A DNA stretch of 64,000 bases. It comes from Acidimicrobiales bacterium. GTDB lineage: Bacteria > Actinomycetota > Acidimicrobiia > Acidimicrobiales > Aldehydirespiratoraceae. The notes beneath the pieces were generated by a model that did not search any database, had not been told where the DNA came from, and worked only from the letters and a program-made list of their open reading frames with translations. Positions 38,310-49,620 of this stretch are shown here, in pieces (position 1 is the first letter of the stretch; the number at the start of each line of letters is the position of its first letter). Made by a program: the position numbers and the translations under genes. The stretch covers positions 463,532 through 527,531 of the forward strand of contig OZ241331.1 in assembly GCA_965200005.1 (NCBI GenBank). The letters run 5' to 3'.

Positions 38310-39740
38310 GTGCTGAGACGTACCAAGATCGTCGCAACCATTGGGCCTGCTAGTCACGACGACTCCACGTTGCGTGAGATGATCCGTGAGGGTCTTGATG
38401 TGGCTCGGATCAATCTGGCCCACTGCAGTCTCGAAGAGGCCATAGCGCGTTACCACCGACTCCGTGCGCTTGGCCGGGAGGCCGGGAGGCCTGTGGGGAT
38501 ACTGGTTGATCTGCCTGGGCCCAAGGTGCGTGCGGGTTCGTTCGGCGAGCAGGGGGCAGAACTTGCTGGCGGTTCCACGGTCGAGTTGCGGGTCGGCAAC
38601 ACCCGCTCCGATAGCCAAACAATTGAGGTGGACTATGACGACTTGATCACCGATCTGCAGGTTGGTGATCGGGTGATGCTCGGTGATGGTGCTTTGCGAC
38701 TAGAGGTACTTGACAAGTCTGGCGACGCGCTTCGTGCAACTGTGACCCATGGCGGAAAGGTCAGCGGGCGGCCCGGGCTCCACATTTCGTCTGACCGGCT
38801 GCGCATGTCGACGCCGACCCGGGAGGACTTCCGGGCGCTCGACGCCTTTATTGAGCTTGGCGTGGACATGGTGGCTGTTTCATTTGTGAGGTCGGCGCAT
38901 GACATTCGTCGTGTTGGTGCCGAGCCGCATCCTCGGGGGCCGCTGGTGATCGCCAAGATCGAGACTCAGGCTGCGATCGACAACCTGGCGGGGATTATCG
39001 AGGCGGCCGGAGCAGTGATGGTGGCTCGGGGTGATCTCGGTAACGAGTGCAGCCTTGAGGAGTTGCCCCATCTGCAGAAGCGGATTATCCAGCAGTGCAT
39101 TGCTGGCGGGCGGCCTGTGATTACTGCGACGCAGATGCTTGAGTCGATGATTAGCAACCCGGCGCCTACCCGAGCTGAGGCGTCTGATGTGGCAAATGCG
39201 GTTTTTGATGGGTCGTCGGCAGTGATGTTGTCGGGCGAGACGGCCATCGGTGACGATCCGGTGAACGTAATTCGGACTATGAGCCGGATAGCGCAGAGGG
39301 CCGATGAGGAGTTTGATCACGAACTCTGGGCGGAGCGGCTTGCTGAGTTGCGCATGACGGATCGGGCTCGCAGTGCTGCCTCGGTGACGGATGCCATGAC
39401 GATGGCTGCGTGGCGGGCCACCACAGAACTCGGGATCAAGACGATCTTGGCGATCTCGGGGACAGGATTTACTGTGCGTTCGATGGCGCGGTTCCGGCCG
39501 CAAGCTCAGGTGCTGGGCATGTCGCACAACCCTGCGACGGTCGGACAGTTGACGCTTAGCTGGGGCACGATGCCGCTGCTGGTTGAAGACCGGGGCTCAA
39601 ATGATGAGATGGTGCGGCAAGCGGTGCGGGTGGCCCGCGAGACTGGTCGAGTGCGTCACGGTGAGCTCGTGGCAGTACTTGCAGGGTCGGACAATCGCTC
39701 ACGCAGCGCCAACGTGTTACGCCTCGAACGAGTCCGCTAA
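38310..39740 (+). CDS. pyk: pyruvate kinase
   Basis: [15 protein letters not shown] start, MVARGDLG, and a 476-aa three-domain layout. Confidence 0.95.
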   Translation: MLRRTKIVATIGPASHDDSTLREMIREGLDVARINLAHCSLEEAIARYHRLRALGREAGRPVGILVDLPGPKVRAGSFGEQGAELAGGSTVELRVGNTRSDSQTIEVDYDDLITDLQVGDRVMLGDGALRLEVLDKSGDALRATVTHGGKVSGRPGLHISSDRLRMSTPTREDFRALDAFIELGVDMVAVSFVRSAHDIRRVGAEPHPRGPLVIAKIETQAAIDNLAGIIEAAGAVMVARGDLGNECSLEELPHLQKRIIQQCIAGGRPVITATQMLESMISNPAPTRAEASDVANAVFDGSSAVMLSGETAIGDDPVNVIRTMSRIAQRADEEFDHELWAERLAELRMTDRARSAASVTDAMTMAAWRATTELGIKTILAISGTGFTVRSMARFRPQAQVLGMSHNPATVGQLTLSWGTMPLLVEDRGSNDEMVRQAVRVARETGRVRHGELVAVLAGSDNRSRSANVLRLERVR

Positions 39741-39876
39741 CCCAGACCCGCTGACGCAACTCCGTAGTCGTTGCGCTGTCAATTCGCAGATTGAATATGC
39801 ATGAATTCACTCGATCTGAACTTTGAATAACTATAAGCTCAGCCAAGAGCTGTACAGGTTGAAGGGAGCGCAACTC

Positions 39877-40440
39877 ATGACTGGAGTTGAGACAAGACCT
39901 CGCTCGTTACGAGACCCACGAGGGCCGAAGCGTGGCTTTTGGTATGGAGTCGCTCTGATCTTCGACTTCACGGGCAGCCTCAGTCGGCGCAGCCCGCAAC
40001 TGCCAGATAGTGATCTGCTCGCTAGAGACGGTCAGGCAATAGCGCAGGACTATCGGCGGGCTGTACGAAAGACCGCGCCGACGCTGAACAGAGAAGCCGC
40101 AGCCGTTGGCGATGCACTTGTAGGGCCGTGGCCTTCACCCGGTGTTTTGGCTTCGCTCGCGCGAACCGAGCCGGATCTGATTGATCAACTCATCAAGAAC
40201 GCAAGAGAAGAACGTGACCGCAAGCACCAACTGGATAGGCATGACGTCACGAGCGAGTGGTTGGGTCTCTGTACAGGCTTCGTCGTGGCAGTACTTGGGT
40301 TATTGGTTTCCACCTTGCTGGTGCTGGAAGGCCATGACTGGGCCGGGGTTGCGTTGGGGTCAGTTGTCCTGGTGTCTTTGGCCGCAGTTCTTGTGATCGT
40401 CGGCCATGTGACTCATCGTGATGGGGGCAAGCCGATCTAG
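39877..40440 (+). CDS. DUF2335-like membrane protein
   Basis: Soluble N-terminal part, a helix with EERDRKHQL, then two C-terminal TM helices. The ATG at 39877 follows GAAGGGAG; the ORF is open from 39823. Confidence 0.45.
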   Translation: MTGVETRPRSLRDPRGPKRGFWYGVALIFDFTGSLSRRSPQLPDSDLLARDGQAIAQDYRRAVRKTAPTLNREAAAVGDALVGPWPSPGVLASLARTEPDLIDQLIKNAREERDRKHQLDRHDVTSEWLGLCTGFVVAVLGLLVSTLLVLEGHDWAGVALGSVVLVSLAAVLVIVGHVTHRDGGKPI

Positions 40441-40499
40441 CGAATGAGCGCGGGGGTTGATAGTTCGACTGCTAACAGTGTCAACGACACTCAGCCAGG

Positions 40500-40994
40500 T
40501 TAGGGGTCGTAGTAGCCGGAGTGGATGTAGAGGGCTGTTACTCCTTCTGCGCGGTACATGTCGATGACTCGCTCATCGTCGTCGATGGCTACAACGACGT
40601 CATGGCCTGCTGCTCGGAGGCGATTGAGTTCGTAGCGCTTGAAAGTGGCTGATGGCCCCTGAGAGCCGCGGCCACGGCGTGGACGCAAAATCAATAGATC
40701 GTGACGGACTTCGTTCGCCGCTAGCCAGTCTTTGGTGACGCCGGTCAAGTAGCCGGGGCGTGCTGTCAGGATTGCAACGGTGTGGTCATCGTCTACTGAG
40801 GCTGTTAGCGCTAGTCCCGAGTCGATCGGCGGATCCTGAGCGGACGCCCAGTAGAAGCCCTTCCAATCCTTGTGGGTGCCTCGCAGGAAGTGCTGACGAT
40901 GTGATGCGTCCGAGATGACGCCGTCAAGGTCGAACACGACCATCGGCCCACGTTGCAAGGGTTTGGTTTCGTAGTGCCAGTTCGACGGCGTCAC
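40500..40994 (-). CDS. HAD-superfamily phosphatase-like protein
   Basis: DxDG nucleophile motif VVFDLDGVISD, later TAR and IDDD motifs. 164 aa. Confidence 0.6.
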   Translation of the reverse strand: MTPSNWHYETKPLQRGPMVVFDLDGVISDASHRQHFLRGTHKDWKGFYWASAQDPPIDSGLALTASVDDDHTVAILTARPGYLTGVTKDWLAANEVRHDLLILRPRRGRGSQGPSATFKRYELNRLRAAGHDVVVAIDDDERVIDMYRAEGVTALYIHSGYYDP

Positions 40995-41009
40995 CTCAGG
41001 GATTGCGAT

Positions 41010-43001
41010 CTAGTCCTCGGACTCTTCGGCGGCACGGTTGCGGATCTCGGCGACCACTCCGGGATCCGCAAGGGTGGTCGTGTCACCCAAGTCACGTCCA
41101 TCGGCAACGTCACGCAGCAAGCGGCGCATGATCTTGCCTGAGCGAGTCTTGGGTAGATCTGGCACCAAGAACACTGCCTTGGGCCTTGCGATCGGGCCGA
41201 GTTTCTTAGCCACGTGCTGGCGGATCTCCTCACGCAATACGTCAGACGCAGTGGCGCTGCCGACCAGGATCACGTAACCGACAATTGCCTGACCTGTTAC
41301 GTCGTCGGTCGCACCAACCACGGCGGCCTCGGCTACCGAAGCATGGTCGACGAGGGCCGACTCAACCTCGGTTGTGGAAATCCGGTGACCCGAGATGTTC
41401 ATCACATCATCGACACGCCCCAGCAGCCACAAATAGCCATCGTCATCAATACGAGCACCGTCACCGGCGAAGTACCGGCCCTCATAGGTTGACCAGTAGG
41501 TGTCGTGGTAGCGCTGAGGATCGCCCCAGATGCCACGCAGCATTGACGGCCAAGGCCGGGTAATCGTCAAATACCCGCCACCGCTAGCTACGGGCGACCC
41601 TGAGTCATCCACCACTTCAGCGAAGATTCCCGGCAATGGCTGGGTCGCCGAACCGGGCTTGGTTGTGGTGACACCGGGCAGTGGCGTGATCATGTGGCCG
41701 CCAGTCTCGGTCTGCCACCAGGTATCAACGATCGGGCAGCGTCGCGTCCCGATGTGGCGGTGATACCACATCCACGCCTCAGGGTTGATCGGCTCGCCCA
41801 CCGTGCCAAGCACGCGCAAACTGGAGAGATCCCTGCCTGATGGCCACTGCTCACCCCACTTCATGAAAGTACGGATGGCGGTCGGCGCGGTGTAGAGCTG
41901 CGTTACGCCGTATCGCTCGACGATGTCCCAGAGGCGATCTTTGGCCCATTCGGCACGCCTGCCCGAGCGATTCTCGGGGAGCGGCGTGTCGGGGGTGCCC
42001 TCATACATAACGGACGTGGCACCGTTGGCAAGGGGGCCATAGACGATGTAGCTGTGCCCTGTTACCCAGCCGATGTCGGCGGCGCACCAGTAGATGTCGG
42101 TGTCACTACGGAGGTCGAAGACGTACTTGTGGGTGAAGCTGACCTGGGTCAGGTAGCCGCCGGTTGTGTGCATGAGCCCTTTGGGCTTGGCGGTGGTGCC
42201 CGACGTGTACAGCAGGTAGAGCAGTTGCTCGGCGTCCATGGGCTCGGCCGGGCAATCCGGTGCGGCCTCGGCCATAAGATCATGCCACCACAGGTCACGA
42301 CCCTCAACCATGACCGGGTCGGTGCCGCAGCGGTCGACGACAATCACATGCTCGACCGAGGGTGCGCCGGCGGCTAGGGCCAGATCGACGTTGGGTTTCA
42401 GGGCAGAAGGGGCGCCTCGGCGGTAACCCGCATCGGCGGTAACGACTAGGCGAGCCTCGGCGTCGGTGCAGCGATCGGTAATGGCGTCGGGTGAGAAGCC
42501 GCCGAATATCACCGAGTGGGCAACGCCTATGCGAGCGCAGGCAAGCATGGTCACGGGCAACTCAGGGATCATCGGCATGTAGACCGCTATGCGGTCGCCC
42601 TTGCGAAGCCCCAGCTGTAGCAACACGTTGGCGAATCGTTTGACGTCGTTGAGCAGTTCGGCGTAGGTGATTACCCGGGTGTCGCCAGGTTCGCCCTCCC
42701 AGTAGAAGGCCACCTTGTCTCCCCTACCGGCTTCTGCATGGCGGTCGAGGCAGTTGTGGCTGACGTTGAGGCTGCCACCGACAAACCACTGGGCGAAGGG
42801 CAGATCCCATTGCAGGGTGGTGTGAAAGTCCGTGTCCCAGTCGAGCAGCGACCGGGCTTGGCGTGCCCAGAACGCTTCGTAGTCGGCCGCTGCCTCCTCA
42901 TAGAGCCCACGATCGGCGATCTGGGCGGCGGCTACGAAATCCTGAGGAGGCGGGAACCGCCGATCCTCGCTCTCATACACCTCAATCGAGCCTGCTGACA
43001 T
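41010..43001 (-). CDS. acs: acetyl-CoA synthetase
   Basis: AMP-binding motif [19 protein letters not shown], and C-terminal [14 protein letters not shown]. 663 aa. Confidence 0.95.
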   Translation of the reverse strand: MSAGSIEVYESEDRRFPPPQDFVAAAQIADRGLYEEAAADYEAFWARQARSLLDWDTDFHTTLQWDLPFAQWFVGGSLNVSHNCLDRHAEAGRGDKVAFYWEGEPGDTRVITYAELLNDVKRFANVLLQLGLRKGDRIAVYMPMIPELPVTMLACARIGVAHSVIFGGFSPDAITDRCTDAEARLVVTADAGYRRGAPSALKPNVDLALAAGAPSVEHVIVVDRCGTDPVMVEGRDLWWHDLMAEAAPDCPAEPMDAEQLLYLLYTSGTTAKPKGLMHTTGGYLTQVSFTHKYVFDLRSDTDIYWCAADIGWVTGHSYIVYGPLANGATSVMYEGTPDTPLPENRSGRRAEWAKDRLWDIVERYGVTQLYTAPTAIRTFMKWGEQWPSGRDLSSLRVLGTVGEPINPEAWMWYHRHIGTRRCPIVDTWWQTETGGHMITPLPGVTTTKPGSATQPLPGIFAEVVDDSGSPVASGGGYLTITRPWPSMLRGIWGDPQRYHDTYWSTYEGRYFAGDGARIDDDGYLWLLGRVDDVMNISGHRISTTEVESALVDHASVAEAAVVGATDDVTGQAIVGYVILVGSATASDVLREEIRQHVAKKLGPIARPKAVFLVPDLPKTRSGKIMRRLLRDVADGRDLGDTTTLADPGVVAEIRNRAAEESED

Positions 43002-43136
43002 AGCGACTCTCCTGTTCGTCGTAATCTCGGTTGTTCTTGGTTTGGTTTAGTTGGTTGCGGCCGGCCTTGTTTGCCGACTGTGTTGCGCTGGCGGGTTGTG
43101 GCTGCTTGGCGGTTGCCTGACCCTCTTATCTCTCGG

Positions 43137-44966
43137 TTATCTCTGCCCGGCTCGCACCGTGTAGGTGTCTCGCCCCGAACGCAGGACGGTGCCGGGCTTG
43201 GTGCCGGTAGCTGCACCGTCTACAACGGTGGTGGTGCCGTTGACTATGACCCGCCGTACCCCTGTTGCCTCGCTCCAGAGGCGTTTCGCGCCGGCGGGCA
43301 GGTCATCGACCAGTTGAGGCTCGGTCGCACCAACCTCGTTCGGGTCGAAGACAACGATGTCGGCAAAGTAGCCCTCGGCTATCCGGCCCCTGTCGCGTAG
43401 TCCAAAGAGCTGCGCAGGAGCATCGGTCAGATGTTGGACGGCGTCCTCCACGGAGGTCAACTGTCGGCCGTGCAGACAATCGTCGATCCAGGCTGTCGGG
43501 TAGCAGGCACCCGCCATCCGGTCGAGATGGGCCCCTGCGTCGCTACCACCGATCATCACAGCGGGATGTTGCCAGGCGTTGGCTCGAAGCCTCCAACTCT
43601 CGGCGTCGTTATCGGTCGGAGCCGGCCACAACACGGTTCGCAGGTCGTCTTGTATGCAAATGTCAACCAGACAGAAGAAGTCACGCTGGCCACGCTCTCG
43701 AGCCATATCACCAATACGTCGGCCCTTAAAGCCTTCGTTCTGTGGCGAGTAAGTGTCACCTATTACATAGTCGGCCCAGCCGGTGAGACGGCTGAACACA
43801 CCTGCTTCGGGGCGAGCGGCGTCGTTCTCAAGACCTATCAGGGTGGCTCGATCCTTAAGTTTGGCGATCCGTTCACGTACCTCCAAGCCAAAGATGTCAC
43901 CCCATCCGGGCAACATGTGCAGAGCGCAGAACGTGCCGAGGCTCATGTTCATGCCGACGAGGATCGGCATCGTCAGCGCAACCACGGTGGCACCGTTGGC
44001 CGCAGCCCTCTCGCAGGCCGTGATCTGGTTGCGATAGTCGTCGGGTCGGGCCGAGTCGATCGTCAAGACGTTCCAGTTGATTGGCCGGTCGGCTTTAACC
44101 GACATCTGGGTCATCAAGTCGACCTCGGCGTCGCTGAAGCCCTTCATGCAACCGTCGGCCACCCACTCCAGAGTCGTTCCTTCGTGGCTGCCTGTCTCAC
44201 GGCACAACTCGAGCACTTCGGCCTCGGATGCCCAACGACTCGGGACAGGATTGCCGTCCCAATCGTTGTGGGTATAGCTGCGACCTGTCGAGAACCCGAG
44301 GCCACCAGCCGCAAGCGACTCCGCAAGCAAGCCTCGCATCAAAGCGATCTGATCGTCGTTGGCAATGTGTCCGACAGAGTCCTCTTTCATTACTGCTCTG
44401 CGCAGAGCGCAATGTCCGACCATGAAGGCAATGTTGACTCCGACGCCGCGACTCTCAACGGCATGGAGATAGTCGGCGAAGGTGTGCCAACTCCATGGCA
44501 CGCCCGTTTCGAGAGCGTCCAGGGACATGCCCTCAACCTTGACCATCATCCTCTTGAGGTACTCGGCGTCGGTGTCGCTATCGAGCGGTGCTAACGAGAA
44601 ACCACAGTTACCACCCACCGCCGTCGTTACACCGAAGAGGTTCGAGGGTGTGGCCCAGGGATCCCAGAAGATCTGAGCGTCGTAGTGCGTGTGAGGATCG
44701 ATGAACCCGGGGCAGACGACGAGCCCGTCTGCGTGTATCTGTTCGTGGGCCCGTGATGCGAGCGTGCCCCGCTCCGCGATGGCGGCGATGCGTTGCCCGG
44801 AGATGGCGATGTCGGCTTGCCGGGACGGTGCGCCGGTGCCGTCGATCAGAGTTCCGCCGGTGATCACCGTGTCGAACATTGGTGTACCTGCCAGTAGCGG
44901 TTCCTGCTCATTGGTAGGGAGGGTAGCTACAGTCGCCGCCATGAGGCTCCTGCGCAGTAAGTCCAA
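43137..44966 (-). CDS. N-acyl-D-amino-acid deacylase (D-aminoacylase) family amidohydrolase
   Basis: [17 protein letters not shown]...DIAISGQRI, metal motif [11 protein letters not shown]-terminal barrel segment. An alternative start at ATG 44879 is possible. Confidence 0.8.
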   Translation of the reverse strand: MDLLRRSLMAATVATLPTNEQEPLLAGTPMFDTVITGGTLIDGTGAPSRQADIAISGQRIAAIAERGTLASRAHEQIHADGLVVCPGFIDPHTHYDAQIFWDPWATPSNLFGVTTAVGGNCGFSLAPLDSDTDAEYLKRMMVKVEGMSLDALETGVPWSWHTFADYLHAVESRGVGVNIAFMVGHCALRRAVMKEDSVGHIANDDQIALMRGLLAESLAAGGLGFSTGRSYTHNDWDGNPVPSRWASEAEVLELCRETGSHEGTTLEWVADGCMKGFSDAEVDLMTQMSVKADRPINWNVLTIDSARPDDYRNQITACERAAANGATVVALTMPILVGMNMSLGTFCALHMLPGWGDIFGLEVRERIAKLKDRATLIGLENDAARPEAGVFSRLTGWADYVIGDTYSPQNEGFKGRRIGDMARERGQRDFFCLVDICIQDDLRTVLWPAPTDNDAESWRLRANAWQHPAVMIGGSDAGAHLDRMAGACYPTAWIDDCLHGRQLTSVEDAVQHLTDAPAQLFGLRDRGRIAEGYFADIVVFDPNEVGATEPQLVDDLPAGAKRLWSEATGVRRVIVNGTTTVVDGAATGTKPGTVLRSGRDTYTVRAGQR

Positions 44967-44967
44967 G

Positions 44968-45597
44968 ATGCCCGACTCAGCCAGAGCGCTGCCGGGGCGT
45001 GACCGGCCGATGCCGGTGCAGACCTACGGCCATCTCGTGCTCGGCACACCGCTTGAGCCGCCATTCCCGGACGGGTGCGAGCGGGCCATGTTTGGCATGG
45101 GCTGTTTCTGGGGTGTCGAGCGGATCTTCTGGCAGATCTCGGGGGTGTATACGACTGCTGTGGGCTACTCGGGTGGCTCCACGCCCAACCCCACATACCG
45201 GGAGGTGTGTAGCGGGCTAACTGGGCACAACGAGGTTGTGCTGGTTGTGTTTAGTCCTGGTGAGGTTTCGTATGAGCGGCTGCTGAAATCGTTCTGGGAG
45301 ATGCATGATCCGACCCAGGGGATGCGTCAGGGCAACGACATGGGAACGCAGTACCGCAGTGGCATCTATACGTACTCTGAAGCTCAGCGGGAGACGGCGG
45401 TTAGGTCTCGGGATCAGTACCAGGAGGCGCTTGCGAAACGGCGATACGGCAGGATCACGACCGAGATTGTTGAGGCTGGTGCGTTCTACTACGCCGAGGA
45501 GTACCACCAGCAGTACCTGGTGCGTAACCCAGGCGGCTACTGCAACCATGGTTTCTGCCAGGTGTCATACGAACCCGCCGCCGCGGCAACCGGTTAG
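44968..45597 (+). CDS. msrA: peptide-methionine (S)-S-oxide reductase
   Basis: [11 protein letters not shown] and the catalytic GMGCFWGVE. 209 aa from ATG 44968 (alternative ATG 44941). The longer 298-aa ORF is antisense read-through into the neighbouring gene. Confidence 0.9.
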   Translation: MPDSARALPGRDRPMPVQTYGHLVLGTPLEPPFPDGCERAMFGMGCFWGVERIFWQISGVYTTAVGYSGGSTPNPTYREVCSGLTGHNEVVLVVFSPGEVSYERLLKSFWEMHDPTQGMRQGNDMGTQYRSGIYTYSEAQRETAVRSRDQYQEALAKRRYGRITTEIVEAGAFYYAEEYHQQYLVRNPGGYCNHGFCQVSYEPAAAATG

Positions 45598-45783
45598 ACG
45601 CGAGCCGGGGCCGACCGTAGGCCTGTTTGGCCGGCCAGCAGATTACCCACCCGCTCCCCTGGGCTAGCGAGACTCTCGTGGCAGAGCGGATCGGGGTGAG
45701 CCGGTAAGTTCACGCCCACGAACCAGACGACCACTACTCGCGCCAGCCGTGCTAAACGCGCTCGGCGGATCGGCTCGGCGGCC

Positions 45784-46680
45784 ATGGTCATATCCGGCTT
45801 CGGCTTCGGAAGCACCGGCGCGATCTCTCGCAGCATTGATGTTGGTGCGTGGGAGATGGCGAGTTGGCGGGGACTTGTGGGTGGCGCTGCTGTGCTCTGC
45901 TATGTCTTCGCTCGAGGGCTGCTGAAGCGACCCTCCACGACTCGGCCGACCGTCGGTGCAACTCTCGGGCCACAAGGCTTGCTGCTTGCTGCCCTGACCG
46001 CGGCCTCAATGATCCTTTACATCGACGCTTTGCAGAAGACCGAGGTGGCGAACGTCACGGTGATCACAGCAACAGTGCCGTTCATGGCGGCCGCGCTGGC
46101 ATGGCTGGTGCTGCGGGAGCGTCTTCGGCGGGCGACAGTGATTGCCGCATTCGTGTCTCTTGCCGGGGTGACCCTCACGGTGATGGGCAATCTGGGGCCG
46201 GGTGACCTGGCCGGCAATGTGCGGGCATTAGCTCTGGCGTTAACCCTTGCGACCTTGATTGTCTTGATCCGACGTTTCAAGCGAGCCGACTCCGTTCTTG
46301 CAGTCGCATCGTCCGGGCCGCTGCTGTTTGCTGTCGTGCTGGTTGCCTCTGCGTTGTTCGGAGTCGCCTCGCCGCTTGACATCGACTATGCGGAGTTGCC
46401 GATGCTGTTGTTCTTTGGTCTGGTGTTTGGTGTGTCGGTTGTGTTGTGGACTGAGGGTGTGCGGCTGATCCCGGCCGCTGAAGCAGGGCTGCTGGCATCT
46501 AGCGAGACGCCGTTTTCGATCCTGTTGGCTTGGGTCGTGCTAGCGGAAGCGCCACCGCTGGTGACTGTTGTGGGAGGGATGCTCGTGCTTGGCGCTGTGC
46601 TGGCTCATGCTGGTGCCGATCTGGCATATGACAGGGTGAGTCGTCCCTGGATCAGACCGCGCAGCCGACCGCGTCTGTAA
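45784..46680 (+). CDS. EamA/DMT-family transporter
   Basis: About 10 predicted TM helices in two EamA halves. Confidence 0.75.
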   Translation: MVISGFGFGSTGAISRSIDVGAWEMASWRGLVGGAAVLCYVFARGLLKRPSTTRPTVGATLGPQGLLLAALTAASMILYIDALQKTEVANVTVITATVPFMAAALAWLVLRERLRRATVIAAFVSLAGVTLTVMGNLGPGDLAGNVRALALALTLATLIVLIRRFKRADSVLAVASSGPLLFAVVLVASALFGVASPLDIDYAELPMLLFFGLVFGVSVVLWTEGVRLIPAAEAGLLASSETPFSILLAWVVLAEAPPLVTVVGGMLVLGAVLAHAGADLAYDRVSRPWIRPRSRPRL

Positions 46681-46831
46681 CGCTCCGGCAGGTTTGTGGA
46701 TGTCCCGCCTTGTTGAGAACTCAAGGGGTTCGTGCGGGACTCACCCGTCTGCACCCTGCACCGATGAGGCGGTCGATGTCACACCCTGCTGGCAATGTTT
46801 TGAGTTGTGAGTGTGTCGCGAGTTCCGTCCG

Positions 46832-47365
46832 TTAGCTCTTCTCGACTGCAGAGGGGCGGTAGAAGATGAGCAGTTGCGCGAGGCCGCCGCCGACGCCGAC
46901 GAAGATGGCGATCCACATGCCGGCCCAGCCGTTGAGATCGTCGTTGATGTCCATGACAGCGTCAACCGAGATGTCGCCCGGGCCGGTGATGGCGCACACC
47001 AAGCTCATGGCAGCGATGAAGGCCACGTACTCCCAGCCCTCTTTGGTGATCATGAAGCCCTTGTCGCGATGCACCGTCCAGAAAGCGACGATCATCAGGG
47101 CAATCAGTCCAGCCGCAGCGAGTTGCGTCAACAGGCCGATTACGAGCAGTGCGCCGACGCCCATCTCGGTGAACGAAGCGAGTCTGGCGTGCAACCCGCC
47201 GGGACGCATCCCGATCGAGTGGAACCAGCGTGCTGTGCCAGAGAGGCCTCCGCCGGAGAAGGCCTTTTTGTAGCCATGAACGAAGATCATCAACCCAAGT
47301 GCAAGCCGCAAGATCAAGAAAGCGAGGTCGAGTTCGTCGGATCCGGAGTAAAGGTCTGCAGTCAT
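46832..47365 (-). CDS. DoxX-family membrane protein
   Basis: LAFLILRLALGLMIFVHGYKK, typical DoxX first helix. Four TM segments, 177 aa. Confidence 0.8.
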   Translation of the reverse strand: MTADLYSGSDELDLAFLILRLALGLMIFVHGYKKAFSGGGLSGTARWFHSIGMRPGGLHARLASFTEMGVGALLVIGLLTQLAAAGLIALMIVAFWTVHRDKGFMITKEGWEYVAFIAAMSLVCAITGPGDISVDAVMDINDDLNGWAGMWIAIFVGVGGGLAQLLIFYRPSAVEKS

Positions 47366-47422
47366 GGGACGCGAGTGTAGGCAAGCTGATCTGTGAGCGA
47401 AAGCAGGTTTGAGGCTGGCGAC

Positions 47423-48730
47423 ATGGCCAATGTTGTGGTCGCTTCTGTGGCCAGGACGGCTGTGCGTCCAGTTGAAGCAGAGTTAGCGAAGTGGCATCCT
47501 GTGGTACTTGGGGCAGCGATTGGGCGTGAAGCTCTGGCTCGAGCGCAACTCATCGGGGCGGATCTCGACGAGGTGGTCGTGGGTTGTGCCGACCCGGTGG
47601 GTGCTTGTGGCGCCAACGTGGCTCGTGCCATTTCGCTTGCGGCGGGCTGGCCGCTGCGTGTCGGTGGACATGTCATCGACCGGGGCACCAGTAGTGGTCT
47701 TGTGGCGTTGCAGGTGGCGAAAGCGTCGATCCGGTTGGGCCAAGCGAGGACGGTGATGGTGATCGGGTTGGGGCTGTGTTCTGTGGTGCCGCCTGGAGCT
47801 GCGGCTGTTGGGCGTGGCTATGGCTCACCTTGGGTAGGGGTCGCCAAGAGGTTCGCCAAACGAGGGGGTCTGCTGCCGTTACCGCGCTTGTCTGAGAATG
47901 CTGCTCGGGCGATCGGGATTGGCCGTGAAGACTTGGAGGAAGCTGCGCGTACCTCTTGTGCTAGGCGTTCCGCGGCTGGTGTCAGCACCGCTATCACAGG
48001 TGTGGCGGCTAGGCCGGGTAGCGGGTCGCCACCCTCGGTGGTGCGAGGTGACGTTGTTCTTGAGGATTTTGTGCGTGATCTATCCGATGCCGCTGCGTTG
48101 CCACCGATGTTTGATGATGACGGTTTGCTTACGGCCGCGACGCTTGCTCCTCCGGCGGATGCCATCGCAGCAACGGTCCTGACGTCTAAGCCGTTAGCAG
48201 CGCCGCTGGGGACGGTGCTTGGAGTGGGTCGCAGTGTGGCGGATCCGTTCGACCCGAATAGTGGACTGGCCGCCGCGGTTGGTATGTCGCTAGCCCAAGC
48301 CGGGTTGTCCTTGAATGAGATCGATCGGGTTGATGTGGTTGAAAGCGATGCGGCCGCCGGGCTGTTGGCAGCACAAGCGCTAGGAATTGATGCTGATGAC
48401 CTCAACCCTGCGGGTGGCGCATTAGCTACCGGCAACGCTGGCCCAGCCGAAGAGCTACGACTTCTGACCGACAGCCTTCGAGGTTTCGGCCTTGATGCCG
48501 ACGGCGTGGCGAAGTTCGGCCTTGACATCCGTCCCGATGGCGACATCCGTCCCGATGGCGACATCCGTCCCGATGGCGACGACGTAGGCAATACGTGTAT
48601 GGGCCAGGACACGGGCGAATCAAGCCCAGTGAGTCGTGATGACAGCGCTGGTGTCAAAACCGGACTGGTACTAGCAGTTAGCACCGGATCGACGGGATCG
48701 GCAGCAGTCATATGCTGCAAGTCGTCTTGA
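47423..48730 (+). CDS. thiolase-fold protein lacking the canonical catalytic residues, with a repeat-containing insertion
   Basis: Thiolase-like N-terminus MANVVVASVARTAV. The nucleophile position reads RGTSSGL (expected CxSG). The C-terminal NPAGGALATGN replaces GH, and STGSTG replaces CxGGG. A DIRPDG x3 insert precedes the last strand. Confidence 0.6.
   Translation: MANVVVASVARTAVRPVEAELAKWHPVVLGAAIGREALARAQLIGADLDEVVVGCADPVGACGANVARAISLAAGWPLRVGGHVIDRGTSSGLVALQVAKASIRLGQARTVMVIGLGLCSVVPPGAAAVGRGYGSPWVGVAKRFAKRGGLLPLPRLSENAARAIGIGREDLEEAARTSCARRSAAGVSTAITGVAARPGSGSPPSVVRGDVVLEDFVRDLSDAAALPPMFDDDGLLTAATLAPPADAIAATVLTSKPLAAPLGTVLGVGRSVADPFDPNSGLAAAVGMSLAQAGLSLNEIDRVDVVESDAAAGLLAAQALGIDADDLNPAGGALATGNAGPAEELRLLTDSLRGFGLDADGVAKFGLDIRPDGDIRPDGDIRPDGDDVGNTCMGQDTGESSPVSRDDSAGVKTGLVLAVSTGSTGSAAVICCKSS
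48524..48577 (+). repeat. perfect 18-bp x3 tandem repeat inside the thiolase-like CDS
   Basis: gacatccgtcccgatggc at 48524-41, 48542-59 and 48560-77, encoding DIRPDG three times in frame. Confidence 0.95.
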
Positions 48731-49101
48731 GCACAAACGGAAGCAAGCCCGCAAGGGGCACCCAGCGCAGACGGTTCAACGCCACAAGGGCCTTCAACAT
48801 CGGGCTAGCAGTGGTTGCTATTGGTGGGGTCGTAGCTGGTGCTCTGCTCGCCGAGGTCGGCCGTACTGTGATCGCGGTCGTGGTTGCCTACATCGTGTTG
48901 CGAGTCGGTTTTGGTGTGTTGCGGGGTTTAGCTCAACCTCAGCCTGAACCGCCCGAACCTGGGACATTGCGCAAAGTCAAGATTGAGTACCGCTGCAGCA
49001 TTTGCGGGGCCGAGGTGCGCATGACGGTCGCGCCCGACGAAGACCCCGATCCGCCGCGTCACTGTCAGGACGAGATGGACCTCGTCGCCCCTATCGAATG
49101 A
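48712..49101 (+). CDS. hypothetical membrane protein with a C-terminal zinc-ribbon-like motif
   Basis: Two TM helices, then CSICGAEV...HCQDEM (CxxC...HC). Overlaps the previous gene by 19 nt. Confidence 0.4.
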   Translation: MLQVVLSTNGSKPARGTQRRRFNATRAFNIGLAVVAIGGVVAGALLAEVGRTVIAVVVAYIVLRVGFGVLRGLAQPQPEPPEPGTLRKVKIEYRCSICGAEVRMTVAPDEDPDPPRHCQDEMDLVAPIE

Positions 49102-49244
49102 GCTGCCCCTTAGGTATGCCGAGTTGTCCACACCTGTGGATAACTCTGGGGGAAATTACAAGCACGTCATCAAATCGGATCAGTCTGACAAATGCCCACA
49201 AGGAACAATCGGGCGTTGTCGACTGACGCGATAGCCGACGAAAG

Positions 49245-49526
49245 CTACCGGAACTTTGTCGCTGTCATGATCCCCGAGAGGATGAATCCGAGCCCTACCA
49301 GCAGCACGACATTTGAAGTCTCCCAGAACACTGCGACGTAGTTGACGATGATCGTCGCCATGCCCAGGCCCAGCAGGCTGAACATCAGGATTGGCACCCA
49401 GATCGGGCTGGGAGGTGCTTGATCGAACCCTGTATGGGTTGCTCGATCTGCAACGTAGTTCTGAGGTCTGGTGCCCTTGGCGGTAACACGCCCGCCAGAC
49501 ACCCGTCGCTTTACCGGCCGTGGCAC
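49245..49526 (-). CDS. crgA: cell division protein CrgA
   Basis: Basic N-terminus VPRPVKRRVSGGR. Two TM helices (PIWVPILMFSLLGLGMATIIVNYV and NVVLLVGLGFILSGIMTATKFR), as in actinobacterial CrgA. Start chosen at the GTG at 49526; the ORF is open to 49559. Confidence 0.6.
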   Translation of the reverse strand: MPRPVKRRVSGGRVTAKGTRPQNYVADRATHTGFDQAPPSPIWVPILMFSLLGLGMATIIVNYVAVFWETSNVVLLVGLGFILSGIMTATKFR

Positions 49527-49620
49527 GAACCAAAAGGATAGACGCCGCTGCGCCACCACGGCAGCACCGGCTCGGGTCGCTCACGAAACGTGTCGGCTGA
49601 GACGCGTCGCCTGAGGCGTC

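Noticed and set aside
38181-38618. 146-codon N-terminal extension of the HtpX ORF (434-aa version), overlapping the pyk start
   Set aside because: HtpX homologues start at the MFNAAKTF... TM helix. That ATG (38180) has a GGAGGTG Shine-Dalgarno sequence. The extension would overlap pyruvate kinase antisense and has no family features.
43431-44594. 387-aa ORF on the + strand
   Set aside because: It lies entirely antisense to the well-supported D-aminoacylase gene. Its composition is Arg/Gly/Val-rich with no recognisable motifs. This is a typical shadow ORF in high-GC DNA.
48524-48577. Short perfect repeats as a possible CRISPR array
   Set aside because: The units are contiguous, with no spacers. 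There are only three copies, they are in frame inside a CDS, and there are no cas genes. It is a coding tandem repeat.
47818-48720. 300-aa ORF on the - strand
   Set aside because: It is antisense to the thiolase-like CDS. It is a Ser/Pro/Ala/Arg-rich low-complexity translation that includes the mirror image of the tandem repeat (SPSGRM x3).
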